Shown: one piece after another, positions 11,790-20,663 of the stretch | Layout of the letters: each line of letters opens with the position of its first letter | Position numbering within the stretch: position 1 is the first letter of the stretch | DNA from: Mesotaenium endlicherianum | Taxonomy: Eukaryota | NCBI GenBank assembly: GCA_009602735.1 | Contig: WELA01003597.1 | Span: forward strand, 662,682 to 688,784 | DNA: 26,103 nt | Reading direction: 5' to 3' | The notes under the pieces: model-generated | The model's input: the letters and a program-made list of their open reading frames with translations, nothing else | What the model was told of the DNA's origin: nothing | Database searches by the model: none | Translations under genes and position numbers: made by a program

Positions 11790-14188
11790 GAAGGCGTAGG
11801 CGGGGAAGAAGGACGACTCACAGAGTACCAGCGGACGGGGCGCAGGCACACGTAGAGGTCCAGCTCCTGCCGCAGCGCGACGTTCAGCGAGCGGATGCCC
11901 CCCCCCACCGGCGTCGTCAGCGGGCCCTGCATGTGCGGTCACGAGAAATGCGGGAGAGCAAAGCATATAAGCTTCAAGCTCACGCCTTGCATGAAGGTAC
12001 TCAGAGTGAGCGTCGTCAAAACGGCCCCTGCGCGGACGAGAGATCAGGTACGACGAGCAAGAGCTTATGCTTTGCGAGTAGGACCGATAGGTGACCAAGA
12101 AGTGTTGGCACGAGAGGACAAGTAAGGAGAAGATAAGGCTGGGGGAGGGAAGGCGCCTGCCTTGATGCCCACGAGGTACTGCTTGAAGGCGTCGATGGTG
12201 GCCTGGGGCAGCCACTCGCCGGTCTGGATGAAGGCCTTCTCGCCCGCCAGCACCTCCATCCACGATATCTGCCTGCACCAAAAGGTCCCCCTTTAGCTGA
12301 CAACACACGTTCACGTGCACTTCTGCAGTCACTACTGAGGAGTGTGGCCGACGAGTGACACTGAGAGTAATATTTGAAAAATGCATTTTGTATTTGGAAC
12401 CTCTCCAGATACGTGAGGGTGAAAGGTGTCCACCACAGTGAGGTCATGTGCTGTCTCTTGAATCGCCCATATGTTAATAGCCTGGATGCAGGCAACTACA
12501 ACCCAAAGCCTCTCCTGTTAGAAACACATATTTATTGATATGCATGAGCATAGAATGCACACGTATTAGTAGTAATACTGGATAAAGCATGTAAGGATTT
12601 GTATGCATGCATGAATAAATTTGTACGTAAGTTTCTAATTTTGATTGATTAGACACGCTTTGCCTACACATTTTTGTACTTAGCCCCAAAAGTACTCAAT
12701 GACATCAGCACAATAAATATGTAAATTGACCAAGAAAGCATCAACACATTACAATTCTGTTGTAATTTATTGACACAAGATACTAATTAGAAGAAAAAAA
12801 AAACACCCAACGTTCATGACCAACGCATCAGAGCCAAAAATGGCACCGTCACAAACTTTCTCTTCTGTCATTTTTCCAATGCTAACATACTAAACGATGT
12901 ACCTTTTGCCGCCATACGCCTTCTGGACCGCTGAGTCAAACACCTTCTGCGCAGCCCGCCAAATGTCAGGCCCTGTGCCGTCGCCTTCTATGAAGGGGAT
13001 GATGGGCGTCTCTGGCACATGCAGTGCCCCCCCTTGCTCCCGAGTGATTGGTTCCCCCCTGCCATGTCAAAGCTGATGCCTTCGTTAAGAATGCTGCTGA
13101 GTATAGGTTGATGGAGACATGCATGCGCATACACTTGTACAACATGATGTGTGTTCGTGTGTGTATGTGGTTGTTTGTGTGTGTATGTGTTAATGCGCAT
13201 GTAGACACATAGGCAATTTGCGATGCTTGTCCACACTCAGTGCCCTTCAGTCATGATCTTGTCAAATTGTAAAATATTTGGGATCCCCAACATGTCAGCA
13301 GGGTCTGCTTAGCCTTTGTTAATGATCTTTCAAAACATAAGTGTGTCTCTGTGATTCTGCAGCTGGTTGGTGTTGGATATATGACCGCACATCACCATCT
13401 TAAAACAATCGGAATATAACACATGAAAAGCTTCTGTCAGAAGGTCAGAAAATACATGGGTGAGAACATGGAGGAAAGAAGCTAGAGGATACAGATGCAT
13501 GTGCCTGCAAGACCTGCTTCCTACGTTTTCTTCCTCATACGGATACATTCCCGGACGTGCGAAAGAAGGTAGATGCGCGCTTAATTTTTGTTTGTAAAAC
13601 TTAGCAACTGTGATGAAGATATGCAACAGGGGGGGGGGGGAATAAAACATATGTACTGACCACTTCCTGCCGAATAGCTGAAACAAAAATTGTTTACTTT
13701 CTTTACTTGAAGTGACGGTTGAGCAAAAATAATACATTCTCAAGAGAGACTAGTGAAGACAAAGTTGTCTTGCTTAGTATACTCCACCGTAAATTCAACT
13801 AGCAGCCATTTGAAACATTCTTGCCTCAAGGTTTCTCCAGAGCTCTAGAAGGTGTATAATTAGTGCGTTGCTATCAGAAATGCTCTGAGGAGCGCTTCTT
13901 GCTGCACTAGTCTCCTACAACAAATTAACAATATGAGCGTTCATATGAAGACAGCTTTTTTCAGAAATTATTGAGGGATAAAATCAGCTGAACTGCGGCA
14001 GGTATTTACTTGGAAGGAACTCCGGTGGCAAGAGCTCTGATCGCCTGCATGTTCGGCAGTCCTGGAAACGCCATAGACACTTTTCCAAGTCTGAACATCC
14101 TATCCGAGCCCCTCCTAGACAAATCTGACAAGGACAAGCCTCCAAGATTTGTCAGGCTGCCAGATAGCCTAAGTGCCTCAGAGGCCAT
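5554..14188 (-). CDS. icd: Prokaryotic-type (type I, homodimeric) NADP-dependent isocitrate dehydrogenase, 11 exons, 531 aa
   Basis: Exons 14188-14010, 13058-12903, 12272-12161, 11926-11822, 10766-10605, 10113-9985, 8839-8696, 8092-7919, 7141-7058, 6464-6363, 5802-5554 join in frame (1596 nt) with nine GT-AG introns and one GC-AG intron. Motifs: [115 protein letters not shown] and Y-x3-R correspond to the E. coli Icd NADP determinants. Exon 1 is less certain than the rest. Confidence 0.95.
5872..6000 (+). mobile_element. Decayed Ty1/copia RT fragment in IDH intron 10
   Basis: QEVPH/ASA...ASTRPCVAV...CRYTSH (frameshifted) resembles VPYASAVG...CTRPDIA...SRYTSNP. Confidence 0.4.
6363..6464 (-). 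CDS. icd: IDH exon 10
   Basis: [39 protein letters not shown]. Confidence 0.95.
7058..7141 (-). CDS. icd: IDH exon 9
   Basis: [32 protein letters not shown]. Not in the ORF track; read manually. Confidence 0.95.
7583..7675 (+). mobile_element. Decayed Ty1/copia RT fragment in IDH intron 8
   Basis: [28 protein letters not shown] resembles YRS-x-VG-x-LLYLT-x-TRPD-x-AYAVN-x-L. Confidence 0.38.
7919..8092 (-). CDS. icd: IDH exon 8
   Basis: [25 protein letters not shown]...[25 protein letters not shown]. Confidence 0.95.
8215..8705 (-). repeat. Degenerate tandem repeats resembling the exon-7 end / 5' splice site
   Basis: About 10 copies of GTGTCYYRNGAG|GTG-like words on the - strand; the real junction is CTGTCCCACGAG|GTAAG. 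Confidence 0.65.
8696..8839 (-). CDS. icd: IDH exon 7
   Basis: [53 protein letters not shown]. Confidence 0.95.
9034..9345 (+). mobile_element. Decayed Ty1/copia RT fragment in IDH intron 6
   Basis: Single frame with stops: [25 protein letters not shown]...[23 protein letters not shown], colinear with IFLSQ..Y..DLL.RF.M..AK..S...CTRPDI...H.MAV. Confidence 0.55.
9985..10113 (-). CDS. icd: IDH exon 6
   Basis: [45 protein letters not shown]. Confidence 0.95.
10605..10766 (-). CDS. icd: IDH exon 5
   Basis: [30 protein letters not shown]...PERYKK|GTAA. Confidence 0.95.
10775..10900. repeat. Imperfect (CAG)n tract at the 3' end of IDH intron 4
   Basis: Seen directly; reads (CUG)n in the pre-mRNA immediately before the acceptor. 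Confidence 0.85.
11119..11280 (+). mobile_element. Decayed Ty1/copia RT fragment in IDH intron 4
   Basis: [32 protein letters not shown] resembles I.LSQ.AY...LLERFGM.DC.P..TPL.PG. Confidence 0.5.
11669..11788. other. Poly(G) tract containing an assembly gap (N 11682-11738)
   Basis: Seen directly; intronic. Confidence 0.95.
11822..11926 (-). CDS. icd: IDH exon 4
   Basis: [41 protein letters not shown]. Confidence 0.95.
11940..12074 (+). mobile_element. Decayed Ty1/copia RNase H C-terminal fragment in IDH intron 3
   Basis: [13 protein letters not shown]...[13 protein letters not shown]...AL resembles H.RAKHIDI.YH...VKL.YV.T.DQ.AD..TKAL. Confidence 0.5.
12161..12272 (-). CDS. icd: IDH exon 3
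   Basis: [37 protein letters not shown]; followed by a GC donor. Confidence 0.92.
12371..12526 (+). mobile_element. Decayed Ty1/copia RT fragment in IDH intron 2
   Basis: [35 protein letters not shown]...NYNP resembles L..EF.MKDLG..Y.LG.EV..S..GI.L.QR.YV...NCNP. Confidence 0.45.
12903..13058 (-). CDS. icd: IDH exon 2
   Basis: [54 protein letters not shown] acceptor, GT donor. Confidence 0.95.
14010..14188 (-). CDS. icd: IDH exon 1 (transit-peptide-like, MASEALRL...ATGVPS)
   Basis: ATG at 14188. Ends AA|GTAAAT (phase 2), which joins the single G starting exon 2 to give VPSKGEPIT, resembling the Icd N-terminus. Confidence 0.7.
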
Positions 14189-14404
14189 GAATATTATTGC
14201 GCTTGACCTTGTGCACGGTTTCGCTTCCAGGCGCAAATTACCTAAGGGTGAAATTGTGTAGTGTCGATCTGGGAAGACGTCATATGAATAAGTGCACAAC
14301 TCACCACAACTTTATAGAGTGGAAGTTCCGACTCTCATATACGGAATTAAACTTTCATTCCAGATGAGAATGCCAAAAACCTTCCTATAGAGGCCACCCG
14401 CAGC
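14189..14404. promoter_or_regulatory. Putative bidirectional promoter / 5' UTRs shared by IDH and SURF1
   Basis: Only 216 nt separate the divergent start codons (14188 on -, 14405 on +). Confidence 0.6.
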
Positions 14405-14558
14405 ATGACCAGTCTATTGCAGAGGGCACCACATAAATTGTTGCCAAGGGTAGGCGGAGGCAGCCTTACATTGCTGAAGACAAGGCGGGGTGGTTTAAGA
14501 AATTTAGGGAATGCTCTCCTAGAAGGCAAAGCACCTTATTCAAATGCAACCGCTCAAG
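14405..14558 (+). CDS. SURF1: SURF1 exon 1 (presequence-like)
   Basis: MTSLLQRAPHKLLPRVGGGSLTLLKTRRGGLRNL...ATAQ G|GT; phase 1 matches exon 2. Confidence 0.7.
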
Positions 14559-17500
14559 GTCTGCTTATGTACTTCCTCTGTGTTGTCTATGTGCTCAAGC
14601 TCTTTCTTTTGTGTTTCATTGCACAATTGGACTTAATTTCGCCTTAGCAACCCTCCGTTCCCAGGCTTCTGGTTAAGTGAGTCTTACTCACATATAATTT
14701 CAACAAACACGAGTTGCTGGTTACCTTTTAAAGTGAAACAGAACTGTTCCCTTTGCCATTGTAAATTCCGACTTGTTACGTGCACTTCCAAAGAGTCTGG
14801 ACCTCAGATATCTACAACGAGGGCATAAAAAAAGCTCGCCTGTATATCCTCAGTGCCTTGAAATAAATTAATGCAGGTTCCCGTTGCCCTTTACTATCCA
14901 TTCTTCAGAACCTGCCTCCCTTCTTCTCTAAATAATCTGACAGCAAACTGTTGATGGTTCCCCTCTTATGCTGTGCATGTAAGAATGAGGCGGAATGCAT
15001 GCACAAAGTGTCGTCAGCAGTGCACACAATCAGAATTCAGTGCATTAAAAATTGGAAGTATCAGCTCAATGTGCAGGAGCAGGAGCAGCAGCAGCAGCAG
15101 GAGCAGGAGCGGGAGCCAAAGCGGGAGCTGGAGCGGAAGATGAAGCGTCCATCCTCGGGAGGATCATCTTGCTGCTGCCATGTGCTGCCACCTTTGGGCT
15201 TGGCTGCTGGCAGCTGCAGAGGCGTCAGCAGAAGGTGCGCCACAGAAACAGAAACAGGAGTCCAGACCTTGAAGGCTGGAAGGCCATGGGCCTTACCCCC
15301 TGAAACAGCACACACTTAGCACGGCTTGCTGCATGTAAGAGTTGGGGTAACATTGCGCGAGTATTTTCTGTGTCACATCACTGTTGTGGTGAAGGTGACG
15401 TCCCTGTGCCAGCACACCATATCTCTCAACCATTGATTGTCATCGAGCAGGGCAAGTATTCAAGTGGTCATCAATAATGGCCTGTGCGTCGTGCAACTCG
15501 TCGTCCCTCTTTTGCCTGCGTGTTCTTCTGCTTAGATGCTTCATTTGTTTAATTCATATAAGGTGTCAGTACTCAGCTTCAACGCTCAGCTGGTGCTCCC
15601 TCACACAGTGGCTCCGCGTGCTCGACGCCTGCATCTGATTGGCTGCATCTGGGTTCCATATGGGCGCGGGGTGGTGAGGGGGGGGAGCAGATAGAGATGC
15701 TGGAGCTGAGACGGCAGCGGCTGGCCGACGACCCCGTGCCCCTCTCAGAAGTCGTTGCCGCACTCTCATCCTCTTCCTCCTCCCTTGCTGCCAGCAATCC
15801 TCCCATCTCTGGCAGCCCTGGTGGTTCTTCTGCACGCTCTGAAACTCCAGGAAGTTCCGGTGCTTCTGTGAGTGCCGGCAGTGGCAGTAGCAGTGGCAGC
15901 GGCAGTGAGACAGATGGGGGGGCGGTGCGCAGAGTGCTTGAAGAGAGGGAGAGGGACTGGAGAGAGGCTTCGAGGGGAGGAAGAGGAGCAGGGGGAGGAA
16001 GAGGAGGAGGCGGAGGAAGAGGAGGCGGCGGAGGAGGGGGAAGAGGAGCAGGAGCAGGAGCTGGAGGAGGACAAGGAGGAGCAGGACCAAGAGAAGGAAG
16101 AGAGGGAGACGGAGGAGCAGGAGCAGGAGCAGTAGCTGGAGGAGAAGGAGGAGCAGGAGCAGTGATAGGAGCGGGAGCAGGAGGTGAAGCAGGAGGAGGA
16201 GGAACGAAAGCGGTGGAGAAGGACTACGAGTATCGGCGCGTGTCCGTGGAGGGCACGTTCGACGAGCAGAGAACTCTGTTTGTGGGGCCCAGGGCCAGGA
16301 GCGTGTACGGCGTCAACGAGAAGGGCTTCCACGTCATCACGCCCTTCATCCCCACGCGCGCCAGGTCAGCTTTCCCCCAGTGGCCGACCTGCTGCCTGGC
16401 TAATTGGCCGACTGGCTGACTGCCCAACTGCCAGATGCTCCCCTTCTTGCTACCCCCTGTCAGCTGCTGCTGCTGCTGCTGCTGCTGCGGAGCCTGAATA
16501 GGGGCAAGCTTTGAGCTTGATTTGCTATTGCTGTCGCTGTCCATTCAGCGCTTCTTTTCCAGCAAGGCTTACCGTGCCTGCCTGCCTGCGTGCCTGCCTC
16601 CTGACCGGCTGGGCAACGCCGGTGCCGCTGACACTGAATGCTTGATGTGGGCACCTGGCTGCCACTTGCTTTGGCTGCCTCTGGACTGCAGCCCTGAACC
16701 CTGGACCCTGGACCCTGAACCCTGGACCCTGAACCCTGGACCCTGAACCCTGGCACCTCAGACCTGTAAGGCAGCCCCCTGCTTCCCACAGGAGAAGACA
16801 CCTGCGGCCCGGAATGCAGCAGGGAAGCACTCCTGCAAGGGGGGGGAGGGAGGGGAGGGAGAGAGAACCGTCAGTATTGGCTGAATGTTCAAGCTTGAGC
16901 CCCGAACTTGCCCAGCTCCCAGGAGAAGCCCGAGGGGCATGCGCCGCTCTGCCGCGCGCTGCCTCCTCTGCTTGCTCTGGAAGCTGACTCGAGGGCCAGC
17001 CAGGCTCGTGCGGTGGAGGGCGGGGCCTGGCGCTGGTAGCTTCGAGCGGAGGGCGCGACGTTTAGGGCTCGTCCTGACAAGCCTGAGGATTGGCGAATGG
17101 GGCTCAGGGTGACGGTGCAGGTGGAGGGGCACGGCTCTGGGAGTACGGGAACATGCGAGGGGCTCAAGAGGTGTCTCCAGTGTGCGTTTGTGTGTGGGGT
17201 CTGGATCGAGTCAGATCTTGAAGCTGAGAGCTTGGACATGAGCGTTGCTCTCTCCTGCTCGGGCCTGTAGCTCCACCCCCTGCGGCTACTTGGCACCTGG
17301 GTGGTGTGGACAGGCCAACGCTCGAGGCCGACGCACCTGCTGCTGCTCAAGAGCGCGGGCGTGACGGCTTGCATGCAAAAGGCAGAGTGGTGACAGGTGG
17401 CGCCTAATTGCTGGCAATGATGGGGTGGGTTGGGCGGCGGTCAGTGGGCAGCCTGCAGTGCTGGTGAACAGGGGCTGGGTGCCCAGCAGCTGGCGCGACG

Positions 17501-20500
17501 CACACGATGACACTTGGCAGCCGCGTAGCAGAGCACGTGCAGAGAGCAAGGACTCCCCTTCGGCGGAATCAAGGGCGGACACTTTGCAGGGTACCTGTGC
17601 ATTGCTCCCCCTCTTCTGCTCTTCTCGCTGGCTGCTCCTGCTTCTCAGTCTGTGTGCTACTGGTCCTCATTGCTCCTCCTGCTGCTTCTATGGCTCTCCG
17701 CCTGCTTTAGCACGTGTCAGCATGCGTCACGCCAGTCTCAGCAGGCTCAGCAGACTTACTGCGTCTTCTGCGTCTCAGCAGGCTTCCTACTACTCACAGA
17801 AACATCTGCTCCCATAGAATTACGGCCAGAGCATCCTTGTGCCCCTTCTGCTTCTGCTCCTTGTCACTCCCTCCCCCCCGCGAGGCGCCCCATTTTCCTG
17901 CTGCTCCTGCTCCTGCTCCTGCTGCTGGGAGGGGGTGGAAGGCGAACACTGCCACTCTGGGGTCCCCTACAGGTTTGCCTCTGGCAGCTGAGATTGGGGA
18001 AGAGTGCGCCGCTGACAAGTGGCGGAAGGAGGGGTGCAGGGAACAAGGAACAGCAGGCCGGCAGCCCAGCTGAACAGAGTGGCTGGTGGTGGCCCTTCTC
18101 TGGCGCCAAGCCAAAGTCAAAGTCGGCTCAGGTGTGCACACAATTGCGCGCTCTGAAAGTCAGCCCTCAGTCCTGCTGCCTTGTCTGTTGGTTGCCCGAC
18201 AGGTGCGTGTTGTGTCTCGTTTTCCCACAAGCGCACCTCACCGGGTCGGGCAAAGCATTGTCAGATCATTGCCTCCCGGGTTCCCAATGACATTCCCGCT
18301 CTGCCCCAGACACCTGTTGGGCTTCCTCCCCCCGCCACCTGCAGCGACGGCAACCTTTGGGTGGTTTTTTGGGGTTTGGTAGCTCTGGCCCACGGTTTCA
18401 GGCGCAGGGTTTAGGGCTGATGCAGGCTCTCGGGGTTTTAGGGTTGGTCACTTGAGATGCGGGGGCTTGAATGCGGCCCCGGGGGGATTTCCTGGCTGGA
18501 CGGGTGGTTGAAGTTTTGCTCGTCAGCAAAGGGCAGCTCTGGCTGGTCAAGCACAGCCTGTAGACCCTGAAGAGTGCCACCTGCCCGACAGGTGGCGGCG
18601 CCTGCTGGCGCGGCAGGGGCTGGCTCTCTGGTCTTAGCAGTGCCTCACTTCTGAGGGCTTGAAAGGGTGCAGGTGTTCAGCCAGGGTGAGGATCTGCGCT
18701 CGAGTGCGGGCTCGAGCGCCAGGCTTTGGGGGGCAACGAGGGTGGGCGGGCTAATGACTGCTGGTTGTGTGCCGCTCTGGCCTCAAGAGCTGTCCCGGCC
18801 AACTCAGGGGTGCCTGCAACCGTGCACGTTCAAGGTTTTGGGAGTCAGGGTTTAGTGAATTGTCACGTAACTGAAACCGAGGCATTCACTCCCAAAAGGG
18901 CAAGCAGGAGCAGCATGCGGGGGCGGATGAGCCTAATCCACGTAGAGGGCTATGAGAGTACCGCCATGGCGCAAGCTGGCAAGGTAGGGCTTTGTGCATC
19001 GCGTTCCCCGAATAAATCCGTTGTCCATATCCCAATCACCCGACGTCGAGAAGGCGAGGTTGGGCTCCAAGGGGTAGGAGGCTTTGGAGAGCCTAAACGG
19101 GCACCGAGTGCTCATCCTGCAGTCGACCTCGCCCTCCCACTCGAGAAACTCTCTGGGGGCATCTCCTGAGGAGCTTAGCGAGTTCTCTGGGGGGGCACTA
19201 CTGTGTTGTTCTGCAAGCACCTGCCACCTGGCTAGCTGCTAGTGCACATGCATACACACGCAGTGGGCCTCTTGTTGGCGAGGGAACCTCGTCAGAGATT
19301 CTCGAGGTCATCAATGGCCGGGCTGCTGAGCCATGGGCTCTTTAGCCATGGGCTGCTGAGCCATGGCCCGTGTGTGGGTGGAGGGCTCGTGGTTTCCGCC
19401 ATCCCTCCTCGTCTCTCGCCCAGTCTCGTGCGTTGCTTGGAAGAGGCGAGATTGCGGGGGTCATTGCACAGGGCTCGTCCCCTGCTGGAAGCTTAGTTTG
19501 CAAACTCTGGCAATCATGAGCGAGTCATGCGGCGTCTCTGCGCTCGGCGAGAAGACTCCCAAGGGCCAATTGCTACCTTGGCCTTCCCGTCGCAGCACAC
19601 GCTACTCAAACTGGATGTTCTGTCTGGGCCATATGTCCTGTGGGCGGCAGGAGCAGCAGCAGGAGGAGGAAGAGGAGCGGAGGAAGAAGAGGGTGGAGAG
19701 GCTGGTGGGGGTGCTGAGGAGCAGCGAGCATCCCAATAGCTTTGTGCCGCCCAACATGCCCCAGGAGGGCCAGTGGTTCTACGCAGACGTCTCCGCCATG
19801 GCGCGCCACTGCGGGCTGCCACCTGGCACCCTGCTGGTGGAGGTTGCGTCAGAGAGCGCACGCGAGGCCGAGGGCAAGCACACGTACCCGCTCCCCCGAG
19901 ACGCGTCAGAGCTCATCAAGGCCCACGTCATGCCAGATGGCCACCTCACATACGCCTTCACGTGGTGCGCCCTCTGCTTCCACCCCGCCCCCCCGGGTCC
20001 CCACCCCCCCCCNNNNNNNNNNNNNNNNNNNNNNNNNNNNNNNNNNNNNNNNNNNNNNNNNNNNNNNNNNNNNNNNNNNNNNNNNNNNNNNNNNNNNNNN
20101 NNNNNNNNNNNNNNNNNNNNNNNNNNNNNNNNNNNNNNNNNNNNNNNNNNNNNNNNNNNNNNNNNNNNNNNNNNNNNNNNNNNNNNNNNNNNNNNNNNNN
20201 NNNNNNNNNNNNNNNNNNNNNNNNNNNNNNNNNNNNNNNNNNNNNNNNNNNNNNNNNNNNNNNNNNNNNNNNNNNNNNNNNNNNNNNNNNNNNNNNNNNN
20301 NNNNNNNNNNNNNNNNNNNNNNNNNNNNNNNNNNNNNNNNNNNNNNNNNNNNNNNNNNNNNNNNNNNNNNNNNNNNNNNNNNNNNNNNNNNNNNNNNNNN
20401 NNNNNNNNNNNNNNNNNNNNNNNNNNNNNNNNNNNCCCCCCCCCCGGGGCTCCCCTGAGCTCCTTGCGGGGCATGACAATCTCACTTGCCATCAGAATCT

Positions 20501-20612
20501 GGAGGTTGCCGAGAGCTTGGTCCTCATACAAGCAGCATTCTCCCCCTCTGGCTCCGGCTCCGGCTCCGGCTCCGAGTCTTTTTGCCCTCTTCATCAGTTG
20601 GCAAGAGGAGCT

Positions 20613-20663
<51 letters not shown>

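Noticed and set aside
11880..11900. Ser of GIRSLN, the AceK phosphorylation site of E. coli Icd
   Set aside because: This Ser binds isocitrate and is conserved regardless; nothing here indicates kinase regulation.
13237..13293. Alternative IDH first exon [17 protein letters not shown] on -
   Set aside because: No convincing donor in the required phase; the 14188-14010 exon fits better.
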